Assembly (NCBI GenBank): GCA_001724265.1
Contig: MEDY01000208.1
Location: forward strand, 1-64,000
Reading direction: 5' to 3'
From: Rhizaria sp. SCN 62-66
Lineage: Eukaryota
Length of the DNA stretch: 64,000 bases
Every line of letters begins with the position of its first letter. Positions within the stretch are counted from its first letter, which is position 1. Of this stretch, positions 32,563-45,409 are shown in pieces. Under the pieces are notes generated by a model. It saw only the letters and a list, made by a program, of their open reading frames with translations. It searched no databases and was not told the DNA's origin. Position numbers and translations under genes: made by a program.

Positions 32563-34119
32563 TTAGTCGAAGATGCTGAGCGCGTCGCCGTCATCATCGT
32601 GCCCGCCAGTGTGATCCGGCACCGCCAGTGCGCGCTTGCGCCGGGCCGTCTTTTTGGCAACCTTCGTATCCGCGCCCGTGCTCGCCGCGATCACCCCCGC
32701 CGTCGCCGTCGCCGCGGCGCCGCGCGCGCGCTTGGAGGGCCCCCACTGACGCGGGTTCTCGGCCGCGAGCTGCTCGGCCTTAGCGACCATCTCGGCCGCG
32801 TCCGTGACGTGCCAGTCGCCCTTGCGCTCCAGCACGCGCTTCTTGTTCGGCCGCACGCGGCGCGCAGTGCGCGGCGTCGGGATGATGTTCTTGCGCTGCA
32901 GCTCGGAGAACGAGTCCCCGGCGACGTTGGCTGCGACGGGCGCACGGCGCAGCGAGGAACCCGCGCTCGTGAGCTCCTCAGCCAGCGGGACCGCGGGGAA
33001 CGGCTGTACGAACCGCTTGCCACCAAAGTGAATCGTCTTGGGGCCGCGCAGTACGCGCGCCTCCGCACTGCGCTGGCGGCGCAGCTCGAGGCGGGCCTCC
33101 TCGGCGTCGACCTCGGCAAGGAAATCGGGGATCTTGTCGATCTCAGCCAGCTTCTTCTCCTGCAGGCGCGCACGGACCTCAGCCACGCGCGCCGCCTTGG
33201 CCTTGCGCTCGCGGTTGCGGTCCTGGCGCGTCTTCTCAGGCGTGGGCACTGCCACCGCGGGCTCGTAGAGGTGCGCCATCGCAGCGATCTGGTGCGCGCT
33301 GGGCAGCAGCTTCTCGGGCAGGCGGACCTGGTAGTCCTCGGGGATGTGGGTGCGCGTGTCGAGCCGCTGCTTGCGCAGGGCCTCGCGGCGCGCACGCTCC
33401 TCAGCGATCTCAACTAGCTCTGCGTAGGCCGCAGGGTGCGGGTTGACTGAGGTGCCGGCGGGCGCGATGCGCGTCTCCTGGATCACGTGCTCACGGGACG
33501 GCGCGGCGTCGCGGAAGCCCTTCTTGCCCTCGGCGGCCAGGCGCCGAAGCGGCTCCAGGTTAGCGAGGCGGCGGACAAGCGCGTCGGGTAAGGAGGCGGC
33601 GGTGCGCGTGTCGGCCTTAAGTTTCTGCATCGCGACGGGCTCCTCGTCCCAGAGGTCGTGCGCGGGGGCGTCGAACGTTTCGTCCGAGGCAGTCACGCAG
33701 TTAAGCGCGCGGCGCGACACGATGCTGTTCGCGAGCGCGAGGGCCTCGCTGACCGTCATGTTCTGCTCGGCGAGCTGGCGGTCGATCTCGGCGCGGTGGG
33801 CCGCGAGCTCGGCCTGGGACTTGCTGCGGGCCGCGCGCTCGTGCCGCGTAAGGGTGACGCGCGGGGTGAAAGGCTTCGGCGCCGGGCGCGGCGGCTGGTA
33901 GGTCGAGGCGACGGTGGCCTTGCCGCCCGAGGAGACGGCGACGTCGGGCGTGGACTTCTTTGAGTGTTTGCGGGACTGAGTCTCGCCGACAACGTCCTCG
34001 AAGAAGAGGTCCTTGTCCGAGGCAGTCTCGATCTCGTGCGAGGCGGCCGACGCCGCAAGCTTGTCGAGGAGGACGCTGTCGTCCGTCTTCTTCAGCTTCG
34101 TCTTGCGCTGCTTCGACAT
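32563..34119 (-). CDS. NOP53: Ribosome biogenesis protein NOP53 (GLTSCR2), 518 aa
   Basis: N-terminal AIM-like DKDLFFED, HDLWDEE, PAGTSVNPHPAAYAEL, KTRQDRNRERK, and PLAEELTSAGSSLRR...DSFSELQRKNII. Confidence 0.85.
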   Translation of the reverse strand: MSKQRKTKLKKTDDSVLLDKLAASAASHEIETASDKDLFFEDVVGETQSRKHSKKSTPDVAVSSGGKATVASTYQPPRPAPKPFTPRVTLTRHERAARSKSQAELAAHRAEIDRQLAEQNMTVSEALALANSIVSRRALNCVTASDETFDAPAHDLWDEEPVAMQKLKADTRTAASLPDALVRRLANLEPLRRLAAEGKKGFRDAAPSREHVIQETRIAPAGTSVNPHPAAYAELVEIAEERARREALRKQRLDTRTHIPEDYQVRLPEKLLPSAHQIAAMAHLYEPAVAVPTPEKTRQDRNRERKAKAARVAEVRARLQEKKLAEIDKIPDFLAEVDAEEARLELRRQRSAEARVLRGPKTIHFGGKRFVQPFPAVPLAEELTSAGSSLRRAPVAANVAGDSFSELQRKNIIPTPRTARRVRPNKKRVLERKGDWHVTDAAEMVAKAEQLAAENPRQWGPSKRARGAAATATAGVIAASTGADTKVAKKTARRKRALAVPDHTGGHDDDGDALSIFD

Positions 34120-34678
34120 TCGCGACCTGGAGAGCGGGAGCCGAGCGCAAGGGGAAGCGGCAACACGGTGAGTTAGGGGAGAAAGGGTATTGTGAGGGGG
34201 AAAGTCTCCTTTAAAGAGGTGTTATGCAAAAATATAAATAGAAAATCACACGAGCTTCTCTGGAAACAATGTACTATCGCCATTGACGGTGTCTTGATAA
34301 AGTATATCACGTTTGCCGAGCCCGCTCATCGCTTCGGTCTGAGACCAACCAAAACTTTTTGCGAACCATCCAAAATCATTTTGGTTTGGCGACAACAGCA
34401 GTCTCGGTCAAGAACGAGCCGTTACAAGAGCGAGTCAAAGGCCTTTTTTCGATCATCGGGTTCTCGATGGTTTTATCGTCATTTGAATATTTCTTAACTG
34501 TATATAACTTACAAGCTTTAATACGTTGATGTAGAATACTAGTCCTCCAGACGGTGCATTACTGGTCCAGATGTACTGCTTTGAAGTCACTCACCAGTCG
34601 TTATCCTTTTTGCCCCTCGGTCGCACCAACCACGCCTTCCCCAAAACGCTTTCCGTGCGATTGGCAGTCCGTCCAGCC

Positions 34679-36510
34679 ATGTCTCGCGACGTCGTTGAGA
34701 TTGTGCACGACCTTAAGACCCAGCTCGGGCGCAAGTGTGGCACGCAGGGCCTGCGTCTGCTGGGCCGCGCTTTCGTCGTCAACGACGCCTCTGGCTCTTG
34801 TCAGTTTAACTTCTACTCTTTCGCCAGCATCATCGCCAAGGCGGGCGTCTTCCTCCCGCGCCAGGAGGCCTCGAAGCTCTACCGTTTCTTTGACGTCTCC
34901 GGCACCGAGCGCGTTGACTACCGCGAGTTCATGCGCGGCCTCGTCGGCGACGTCTCTTCCCGCCGCGCCGCGCTCATCGAAAAGGCCTTCTTCACCCTTT
35001 CCGGCGGCGCACCCTCTGTGCCCATGGCCAAGCTTGTCGCGGCCTTTGCCCCCGAGCTCCACCCGCGCGTTGTTACGGGCGAGTTCACCGCCCGCGCCGT
35101 TTTTGAGGAGTTCTGCAACGCCTTCGAGGGCGCCGCGCCCGGCCGCTCCGGCGTCGTGTCGTTTCAAGAGTGGCAGGATTATTTCGCCGATCTCTCCGCC
35201 GTCTCGCCCTACGACGATGACGCATTTGCCTCCTCCATTGCCGCGTGCTTCGGCGTCAAAGAGGCCCCGGGCGCGTCGGCCGCGGCCACGGCCAAACTCA
35301 ACAAGTCCGTCCAGGGTGTGCGCGACATGATCGTGAGCAAGATCCAGCAGCGGTCCAAGTCGGGCGGCTCCGAGACCGATACGCTGCGCAAGTGCTTCAA
35401 GACCTACGACCTGGAGGATCAGGGCCGTCTCGCTGAGGTGCCATTTTACTCCGCGCTCGCTACGTTTGGCATCTTCCTTGACCCCGCCACACAGAAGACA
35501 TTCTTCGCCTCCGTCGCCGACCAGGTACTTTTTCTTCTCATTATTGAACAATTTCTATGAATTGCTGCTTAAACAACGCGTGGTTTATATTTGTATTTGT
35601 TTTTTAATATTGTATACTAGACTCATTATTTGGTTTCAGTGCCCAACGCTCACATGTCTTCAATCTCTTTTCATTCTGATCATTGTTTTCTTTGCTGTAC
35701 GGACAACAGGATGGCCTCGTTGAGTACCAGGGCTTTACCAACGCTCTCTTCGAGGGCGACGGCCAGTACGGCCCCGGCTCCACCTTCGCCGCCGCCAGCA
35801 ACACCGCTGCGAGCCGCTCGATCCCCCGCCCCAATACTATTGCCCCTGCCCGCGGCGCCGCCTCCCAGTCTCAGTCCCAGTCCCAGTCCCAGTCTGCTGC
35901 TGCTGCTGCTGCCGCTGCCGCCAGCGACGCGTCCGGCGAGTTTCCCCTCGTTGTGTTCCCCATCGGCGGCCCCGGCGCTGGCAAGAGCACCCAGTCTGCT
36001 CTCCTCTCAGCTCGCCTCGGTTTCGCCCTCGTCTCGTGCGAGGCCGAGCTCTCTGCGGCGCTTGATGACCCCGCGTCGCCGTACGCGGGCGCGATCCGCC
36101 AGGCCGCCGCCGCGGGCCGTCTCGTGCCCGTCGACGTGGTCGTCGCCGTGCTGCGCGACGCGATGGAGCGCCACTTCCAGCAGGGCCGGCTTAACTTCGT
36201 CGTCGACGGGTTCCCGCGCTCGGTGGCACACCTGGCCGCGTGGACGGATCTCATGGGGAAGTATACCCAGCCGCCGCTGTTCGTGCTGCTTGACTGCCCG
36301 CCCGAGGCGCTGATCGGCCGCGCCGACGACGCGCTGGACGCCGTCGATGCGCCCCCGCTCGAGGCCCGTTTGCGCGCGTTTGAGCAGGACACGCTGCCGC
36401 TGTGTGAGGCGCTCGCACAGCAGGGCCAGCTGCTCGTGGTCGACGGCGTGCAGAGCCCCAACGCGGTTTTTTCCGCGATTGCTGAGGCCATGGGCGCGCC
36501 CGCTAACTAA
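34679..36510 (+). CDS. Calcyphosin-like multi-EF-hand protein fused to an adenylate/UMP-CMP kinase-like domain, 548 aa; exons 34679-35524 and 35710-36510
   Basis: EF-hand loops FDVSGTERVDYREF, GRSGVVSFQEWQDYF, YDLEDQGRL and ADQ|DGLVEYQGF; calcyphosin-like HPRVVTGE and LSAVSPYDDDAF. Kinase P-loop GGPGAGKSTQ, GRLVP and FVVDGFPRS. Intron CAG|GTACTT...AACAG, 185 nt. Confidence 0.85.
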
Positions 36511-37582
36511 GCCTTTGTCCACACGCGCATGCTATCGAAGCACGCGCACGCGACAAAGCGTCGTTTCACACGTGTATGTAAACGCCGCGCACTGCAGCTG
36601 GCTTTTTGTGCCTGATGTTGTCGCTCAGAGGAAGACTCTGGGCGCAATGGCGGCACGGTCTAGCTGCATGCGCTGTGTCACAGTGTGGGATTTGTCATGG
36701 TGCAGTCGATGCTTCGGGCAAGGCAAGACGAAGCGAGATGCTTTGCTTCGGTGCAATGAGGGGAGCTGTCTCATGAGCTGACCTTACACGCGCACCCTTT
36801 GCGAAAGTCAGTCGTCGTTGACAAAGTTGCTGTTTATTTTGTTATAGGTTTTTCTTCTGTTGATCTTTTCTTTTTCTTTTTTATCTCTGTTGTCTTAGCT
36901 CTAAGTTACTAGATACCCATGCTGGCCGACACGTGTCTTGTGTCAGTGCAGACACAATTTTACATATACACCCACATATTGTTTGATAAAGGCGTTAGTA
37001 GCGTGTATTTTTTATTGTTTCACTTGTAAGATGACAGCTATAAGCTCACGATTAGCGACTGTGAGCAAAGGAGAACTCGCTTGTCAACTTGAAGTCAAGC
37101 CGTGCAAAGTCGGTCGGCTGGCTGAGGTTGGGTCAGTCGAACTCTGACTTAGCACTCACTGTTCTCAATGAATGTCCGGCGAGACGTTATTTAAGCAGGT
37201 TAGTATGGCGTATTTAATATAACCCTTGAAAGGGCTTTCTGGTTCTTTCATATAACATTGATATCATGCGGTTTGAAGCTGATTTAAGTTGGCCCCTCCC
37301 CGAGTCAACCTGAACAGCCAAGCTATACTCACATTTTTATGTGTACCGCAACTTGAATGCCATTTCAAGTGCGTTGCAACTTAGGGCGAACTAAGAACAT
37401 AATATCTATATATCAACATACTACTCACATCTTCATATGTACCATTTATACCCTTTGATTGCTAACTCCCATGCTCAGACCCGACACGAGTCTCAACGTA
37501 GCCTCATCGTTTTTCTTCATATCCCTTTCATCCACATCTTGCTAAACGAGACCTTATCTACTTAAAGCGCACGCGCCCTGCA

Positions 37583-39851
37583 ATGATCCACCGTCCCCGC
37601 TCCGTGTGGGCTCTGGTGTTGCTGGCGTGCGTCGGTCTGGGCCTGTTTGCATCGCCGACCTCTGCCCAGTCTGCGGGTAAACTCGTCGGCACCTACACGC
37701 CCGACGGCAAATGCGTGCCTTCGAGCACGTGCTGCTGCTCCACGGGCCCCATGTCTATTTCATCGCAGCCCCCCAACGACTCCGTGAACGTGAACGGTGA
37801 TCTTGACGGCGGCACGGGCTGCCACGGCTTCACGTCACTTCAAGCAGTCTTTCAGGTACGAACATTTAATCGCATAGATAAGGCAAAATATATTTACATT
37901 TCAGAAAAATAACTTGAAGACGAGTTTTCTGAAATATGAATCAAGATATGCATTGGATTTGTAGCGATTTGCAACGATAATCAGGCTCATCCCCAGCCCC
38001 GACTAAACCTCTGTCTCACTTGTTCGACGTCAGTACTTCCCCAACCTCTTCTACCAGACGATCAACGCGACTGCGGCGTCGTGGACCGTGCCCGTGTACG
38101 GTGACCGCTACGTCGCGGTCTCCAACGCCGAGTACACCAAGATCCAGGTTAAGCGCAGCGATATCTCCTCCACCTGCACTAACGTGCTGAACCGCCAGTC
38201 GGGCTCGGCGGTCGCGGTGACTGACGGCACTGCGACGACACCGACGACGACGAACTCGACAACGAACACTGGCACCGCGACGAGCGGCACGACGAACGTA
38301 GTGACTGACTTATCCAAGTGCCCCACTGTGAACGCAACGACTGATCTCGGCACCGGCAAGTTCGACGCCACTGGCACGCCGATCTCCATGGACGTCGGAG
38401 CTTACGAGGGCTATATCCAGCCCGACTCATCGCATTATGCGCGCTACGGCGTGATCAAGTCCACTAGCACGGCCGACAAGTACGATATCTGGCTTATTCT
38501 GGATCCCACGTCTTCGTTGTTCGCGTCGTCGCTGCAGGGTGCCTACGCCACTGTGCACTATATTGCACCAACGACCAACAACGCCGACACGGCGGCCGCG
38601 GCGCTGCCGCTGACGCGGTCCATGACGGCCGCAGACTCGAGTTCCACGGCGCGGCAGTGGAAATTCGGGCAGGTTCGCGTGCCCAGTACCGCTGGGTTCG
38701 GAATGCGGTTCAGCTTCACGTATAAGCTGACTACGAGCGACGTGATTATGACGCCGACGTTCTATTTCCAGCCCACAACCGCGGCGGCGTCCACGGGCAC
38801 GACGACGACGACGACGCCGACCACAAGTACCGGCACGGGCACCACAAGTACTGGGGGCGTGACTACGACGGTACCGATCAGTACTGAGGCGGCGCGGCTG
38901 GCTAAGTGGCTTGGCACGTTCAAGGTCGACTCCCGTTGCATCAAGTCCGACCAGTGCTGCTGTGCGACCGACAACATCGTGGCTGAAGCTGTGACGGGCT
39001 CGCCAGGGTTGGTGCGGCTCAAGTCGAAGCTGGACGGCAGCCAAACGTGCGGCGGTATGACCGACGTGACAGGCGACTTCACCATCACGAGCGATACCAC
39101 CGCGACGTACACATATCCGGATACACCGCTCGTGCTATCGGCCGGGCTAAGTACAGATGGTAACGAGCTGTCGTTCAGCAACAACATGTACACGTGCAAG
39201 TCGTACGCGCAGCGCATCGCTACTACGGCGCTGCCGTCGTCGATGCTCACCGCCACGAGTTCCACGAGCACAGGCACGAGTACCACAAGTTCCGCGAGTT
39301 CCGTCAACCGCGAGAACTTTGTCGGCCAGTGGGTGTCGGACAACAGCTGCAAGCCGTCGACCAACTGCTGCTGCATGGTTGGCTCCATGCACGTGCTGAC
39401 CCCGGATAACGCGCGCGCGCTGTCGACCTTCCAGGCTCCAACAGACACCTCGCTCATGACGGACCCTCGCGCGCTGTACGCTTACGGAAAGCTCGACGGC
39501 GGCATCGCGTGCTTCCGTCGGACGGACATGGCGGGCATGTGCGTAATCGACTCCACATCGCAGGGCTCGTGCAAGCTCGAAGGGATCAACTTCAACGCCA
39601 CGCTGTCGGGCGGCACCAAGCTCACAATCACGAACTCGATGTACCAGAACTGCGAGACTGTTGTCAACAAGGCGGTGACGCACACGTCGGCCGCGCCTGC
39701 GCTCACCAGACCCGTCGGCGGGGCGTCGCTGCTTGCGTACGCGGCCTATGCGGCGGGCGTTGCGCTGTGTATCGCGCTGTACGTCGGCGTCAACAACCAT
39801 AACCATAACAACAAGAGGCGCGGCAACAACGAGCGCGAGATCTTTGATTAA
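37583..39851 (+). CDS. Secreted/type-I membrane protein (688 aa) with three Cys-rich repeats, Thr/Ser linkers and a CBM56-like module; exons 37583-37855 and 38058-39851
   Basis: Signal peptide. Three copies of G(T/Q)(Y/F/W)xxDxxCxxSxxCCC...LDG...C. C-terminal hydrophobic helix LLAYAAYAAGVALCIALYVGV with a short tail. Intron CAG|GTACGA...ACCAG, 202 nt. Confidence 0.8.
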
Positions 39852-40319
39852 GAACAGACCTAGAATGAGGTCAGGTCACCGTCAGTGAACGGTTCATTCA
39901 GTTATACACGTGCATATTTGAGATTTATTCTTTCGCACAATATAATATTCTCTGAATTGCGCTTTCTCGCAACTTTCACATCTTTTCCGCAAATGCTTTC
40001 GACTCAGCTATGAGACTCGTCCTCTAAGTCGATACTTTTTCCGTGTCGGCTTTTGATGAACAGTGCAAGAACGTATTCTATAATATATCATTTACACGTT
40101 TATATTGATTACATATCACTTGCTTATTTGCGACTTCCACGCTATCATACGGCATGCACCGAGTTCTCCGCACTCGCACCGTCCTTCAATGCGTTTCACC
40201 AACATTCCCGCTTTTCTGAATGCACGCTCTCCCCTGTCTGATTGTATTAAAACGACACAAATCCCAGTTAGTCCCCACTCTTACGGAGCACTTGCTGACT
40301 GATTTCAGAGCTTAGCACC

Positions 40320-41027
40320 ATGGTTTCGTTCGTGTGCGACAACTGCCAGACGACTCTGAAGAAGAACAAAGTCCCCACTCACCGCTGTGGCGGGCGCGCG
40401 ACTTTCTCCTGCGTCGACTGCTGCCTCTCTTTTACCATGGAGTCGCACCGCACGCACAACGAGTGCATTTCTGAGGCCGAGAAGCACCAGGGCTCGATGT
40501 TCAAGGGTAAGCGTTTTGACGGCGGCGCCAGCGCGAACTCCACCGGCGGCTCTGACGGTGTCAAGCCTAAGATCAAGCGCGATAAGAAGCCTGCCAAGGA
40601 TAAGTACGACGACTCTGACTCCGACAGTAGCGACGACGACCTCTCCTCGCTTACCGCGCCCCGCGGCTTTGCCCCCGTTGCCGCCGCCGTCACCAAGCCC
40701 GCTGCTTCGAAGCCCGCCGCTGTCGAGACTGCGAGTAAGGAGGACAAGAGGGACAAGAAGGATAAGAAGGACAAACGCGAGAAGCGTCCGTCCCCCGGCA
40801 GCGACGACGATGGCGCCGACGCTGCGCCCGCTGCTGCGGCCGTTACGAGCGAGAGCGCCGCTGACGCGCTGGCTGCAGAGGTCAAGAAGACGCTGACGAA
40901 GAAGGGGCCCATGACCATCGCGAAGCTCTGCAGGCGTCTGGAGCGCGCGGACGACGTCGCGGTCGTGTGCGCCGCGCTGGCGGCGATTGCGGGCGACGTC
41001 ACAGTCTCAATCGCGGCCGCTGAGTGA
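40320..41027 (+). CDS. LYAR: LYAR-type C2HC zinc-finger nucleolar protein, 235 aa
   Basis: MVSFVCDNCQTTLKKNKVPTHRC...FSCVDC..SF....HRTHNECISEAEKHQG followed by a Lys/Asp-rich region. Confidence 0.9.
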   Translation: MVSFVCDNCQTTLKKNKVPTHRCGGRATFSCVDCCLSFTMESHRTHNECISEAEKHQGSMFKGKRFDGGASANSTGGSDGVKPKIKRDKKPAKDKYDDSDSDSSDDDLSSLTAPRGFAPVAAAVTKPAASKPAAVETASKEDKRDKKDKKDKREKRPSPGSDDDGADAAPAAAAVTSESAADALAAEVKKTLTKKGPMTIAKLCRRLERADDVAVVCAALAAIAGDVTVSIAAAE

Positions 41028-41767
41028 TCATTACACTCGCAGTGACTTGTAGGCGCTCGCAGAATGCACACGGCGCCAGTACGAGGCGAGACTTTCGGAA
41101 CGGATGTCTCGCTGGTATGAGCTAGGTCTGAGATATAAATATCGGATCCATGATAGCCAATACACGAATTCTCTTAAAATCTTGCTTATGTGCATTAATA
41201 CTCTGATTGGACGTAGATATTAAACTACATGTAAATTTTCGCATTGTCACGCGCGGTCATCCTTGGCCTGGCGACTTAACTTCCCTTACCTAGCGCGAGG
41301 AATCTGGAATTCGGCAAATTGCCCTCAATGCAGGCCAATACTCAATGTTTTTGCGTCAATATATGCATTAAACGCAGTTGTTGCACACTTATTATCTATG
41401 CATCGCTTTGTTTTGATTACCGACGGTTAGTACGCGGTGTATTATACTCGTTTGAACCTCAGAGGAGGGAAACAGAGAAACCATGTTGCTCTTGAATTCC
41501 CTTCTTTTCCGCCGATCTTGCGATAACACTATGTCGATTTCCATTCTTTTTTAACCAAGAACAGATACGGAAGAACTGAGTCGCACTATCTTTTTTGTCT
41601 AGATACGCTCTTCTACCGCATAATCTCAGTTCCGAGCTCCTGTCTTCAACCTATCCTTACGCTCCTGCGTTTCCCTCTCTCACTGCCCGTTTTGCCCCCT
41701 GCTTCCTGCTTTCTCACTTCAACCTCTCATTGACAATCTTCTTTGCGCCACGCCCTCAGAACCGCCT

Positions 41768-43378
41768 ATGTCCACCCCCAGCGGCTACATCATCGGTATC
41801 ACTGAGCCCCTGACGAAGTTCTACGAGCTGGGCCAGGCGCTCGGCTCGGGCCAGTACGGCGCCGCCTCCGTCGCTGTCGACAAGCGCTCCGGCCGCAAGG
41901 TCGCCGTCAAGACGATCAACAAGGCGCGTTTCCGCTCCTCGGACGTGGCGTACCACTTCGAGGCGATGCGCAACGAGATCGCTGTGATGCGCTCCGTCGA
42001 CGACCCGCACATCATCAAGCTGCTCGACGTGTTCGAGTCTGAGACGGAGCTTCACCTCGTCATGGAGCTCTGCGAGGGCGGCGAGCTGTTTGACCGCATC
42101 AAGGAGAAGCGTCAGTACTCGGAGAAGGAGGCGCAGGAGGTGCTCCGCCAGATCTGCCTCGGTCTGCAGACGCTGCATGCGGCCAAGATCGCTCACTGCG
42201 ACCTCAAGCCCGACAACTTCCTCTTCGTCGACCGCTCCGACGCCTCGCTGATCAAGATCATTGACTTCGGCATGTCCAAGGCGCTGCGCCGCCGCGAGTA
42301 CCTTAAGCACCTCCGCGGCACGCCCTACTACATCGCGCCTGAGGTGCTGTCGGGCAACTACGCCGAGCACTGCGACATGTGGTCCGTCGGCGTCGTCATG
42401 TTCGTCATGCTCTTCGGCTTCCCCCCGTTCCACGGCGACTCTGACCCTGTCATCTTTGCCGCCATCCGCAACGGCTTTGATCCTACCGTCAAGAAGGGCT
42501 GGGGCCCCTGGTTCCCGGCCCAGATCGCGTGCTCCGCCGCCGCCCGCGACCTCATCTCGAAGCTCCTCACCAAGGACGCCTCTGCGCGTCTGACCGCTAA
42601 GGAGGCCCTCGACCACCCCTGGATGAAGGGACAGGTGCGTCATAGCATAACCCTAGCGTAACACACGTCGCAACTATCATTGTTTTGCTCACTCATATTG
42701 CAAGACTGTTTATCTTAACTTAAATCTACTCTCTATCACGTGTTCCGCAACTTCCTAACTTTAAATCTCTTTTTGCTTGTGATGTTTGTATCTGCGCTTT
42801 AGGACGTGCCCCTGCACCCGCTGCCGCTGACTGTGGTCTCCAACCTCAACAACTTCGTCCGCAAGACGCGCTTCTCCAACGAGATCCTCGCCTACCTCAC
42901 CCAGTCGTCGATGCAGACGGACGAGTACGTCGCTCTCGCCAAGACGTTTCGCTACATCGACAAGAACAACGACGGCGTGCTCTCGGTCGATGAGTTCCGC
43001 CAGGCGCTGGTGGAGACGGAGAACTCGAGCCTCGACGAGCACGCGCTCATTAAGGCCATCCAGCACGCCGACATGGACGGCGACGGCACCATCTCCTGGA
43101 AGGAGCTGCTCCTGGCCACCACGGCGCGCCGCCTCGCCGCTAAGGAGGAGCGGCTTTGGAACGCGTTCCGCAAGATGGACCTCAACGGCGACGGCAGGCT
43201 TTCTGTGTCGGAGCTGGAGCAGGCGCTGGGCAAGGATGCCTCCGAGGTTAAGGCGCTCATCTCCGAGGTGGACAGCGATAACAACGGCGAGGTCGATTAC
43301 GAGGAGTTTCTCAGCATGTTCGGCGCCTTCGAGGGCCAGAACAACGAGAACTTGCTCAACGACGCCCTCGGCAAGTAA
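41768..43378 (+). CDS. CDPK: Calcium-dependent protein kinase (kinase + junction + four EF-hands), 480 aa; exons 41768-42634 and 42803-43378
   Basis: LGSGQYG, VAVKTI, MELCEGGELFDRI, HCDLKPDNFLF, IIDFGMS, GTPYYIAPE, DMWSVGV. EF loops DKNNDGVLSVDE, DMDGDGTISWKE, DLNGDGRLSVSE and DSDNNGEVDYEE. Intron CAG|GTGCGT...TTTAG, 168 nt. Confidence 0.95.
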
Positions 43379-45409
43379 GCGAGTGACGTATTCCGCCTAC
43401 CATAGCAAACAAGCCAGCGTAACGATTCAGCAGGCAACGAGCGATCAAGTTAGCGGTTAGTAACTGGTGTTTAAGCAGGCTGCGAAGTGGTTTATTTAAA
43501 CAGCGTTGCTTTGTCACTTAGCTCTTCACTTGTCTTGGTTGTTGTTGCGCTTTTTGTTTCGCTGGACAATGTAACGTGAATGAAAAAGCAATTCGCAGTG
43601 TATGTATGTTAACTCGGAGCAACTGCGATGTTTCTGTGTCGTTCTATCTTGTCTTGTTCTCTTCTCTTCTATCTTTTCTCTTCTCGTTTCTTCTTTTCTT
43701 TGATTTTTCACTTTGTTTTTCTTAATTTCTCTCAAACCCAACACAAGCATGTTGTCTGCACTCACTCTGTCCGTTCAGTTCACTCTGCGCTATACAACAC
43801 ACGTATATTTTGCCCGTTAGCGAGTGCTCCTGTCAATTTTGCCACTCTCTTAAAGTGGCAAATTGCTTTTGTTCTATCATCTCCGCTTTCTTACCCTCCG
43901 TACAGTACAGTGCAGTGTAATATGCCGTGCCACGCAATGCAGTCAGTCCAGTCCAGGTCTTGTTTGAGTCCAGTGTGAAAGCCTCCTGACAAGGACTCCT
44001 GGCTGACCGACTGAGTGCGCCGTTTTGTTGTGGCAAACTCGGCAGCGCAAGTCAAGTCCGACTGACTGCGTCCGCAACGGGATTGGTCAAATCATCACTC
44101 ATCAATCGTGTGGTAGCTGCGGTCAAGCCAAGTTAAGTCAAACAGTCAAGTCAAGTCAAATTTTAATCATGTCAGTACAGTACATTATTTTCGTCGCTAA
44201 TAACTTTCGTCAACTCTTAAGATTGTGTTGTTGAACCTCTATAAAAACGACTACTTTTAGAATACAGAGTTACTATTATTGTATTGTTATTAAAAATAAG
44301 AATACCAATCAAGTAAATAGGAAATTATCATATGGTTGAATTGAATTGAAATGCAAAAAAACGGAACAAAGTTTTCCACAAAGGATCATCACATCACCCA
44401 CACAAAAGCATGCGGCGTGCGCGCGTGTTGCATGCATGAAGACGCGTCCTAGCCGGACCGCGCAAGGCATACACACAGCGCATGGCATGAGATAGAGCCG
44501 CAGCTCTGTTCATTCTTGGTGTGTGGTAATTGGGCGACTACTTGTGTCCACAAAACTGTGTCCAAATCAAGATCTTATCATGTGAGGCAACACAGGATAC
44601 GCAATCATCAGAGATTTGCAACGTGGGAGCAGGGCAAAACAAAAGACGTTGTGGTGACAGCAGTTATCGTTCTGCAAAGCTCCTTCTCGTTGCCTCTGTG
44701 CGTGTGCGTCGAGACCGGTGTGCCGATGGTTCAGTGTTACTTCTTCTTTTGGCTTCCCGCAAGCGTCCATGTCCGTTTGCCATCGCTGGCGAGACACAGA
44801 GGAGCGTGCATTTTAGCTCACAGCGGGACATACAGACAGAGCAAACAGGCCGTACCAGTTAATCAGTCCGTCGGGCGCCGTCGTCTGCAGAAGGGCAAAC
44901 TATGTGAGCGCAAACGCAGTGAATGCTGTACGCTTGCAGTGTGAAGTGCCGTGCTGCACTGCCGTCACATAACAGCAGAGCGTATCGTGTATGTCGAGTC
45001 GGTCGGTGGCCGGCGGGTACGGCGCCAGCTCGCGTCATCGGAGGAGGTGGGTGGGTGGTGGTTGTGAGAGCTCTCTGAGTTTAGCAGTATCTATCTGCGG
45101 AAGGCTAACCAAGAGCGCTCGGTCAGCGATGCTTTGGACGAAAGAACAGTATTTAGTGACTGTACAACTTGCATGAGAGTACTTATCTCAAGCGCTCTGT
45201 CGACGCGCATAGAAGGCCGCTGCGATGCGCGAGGAGAACATGCTGTGTTGTGGTGACAAGATGGTGTGCCATTTTGAAACACCTCATGTGTGCACAACAC
45301 AGACAACGCAATCAGGCGCCGCACTACTGAGTGCAATGCGCACGCGGCCTTACTTGCTAGCATCACGGCTAAACTTCACAACGGGGCGGCTTCACTTATC
45401 GCTAGTCGC

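Noticed and set aside
43379-45409. 2-kb region between the convergent CDPK and FMR1-like genes, with gtcaa-type short repeats and small ORFs
   Set aside because: It is consistent with two 3' UTRs containing U-rich tracts and low-complexity repeats; no supportable gene.
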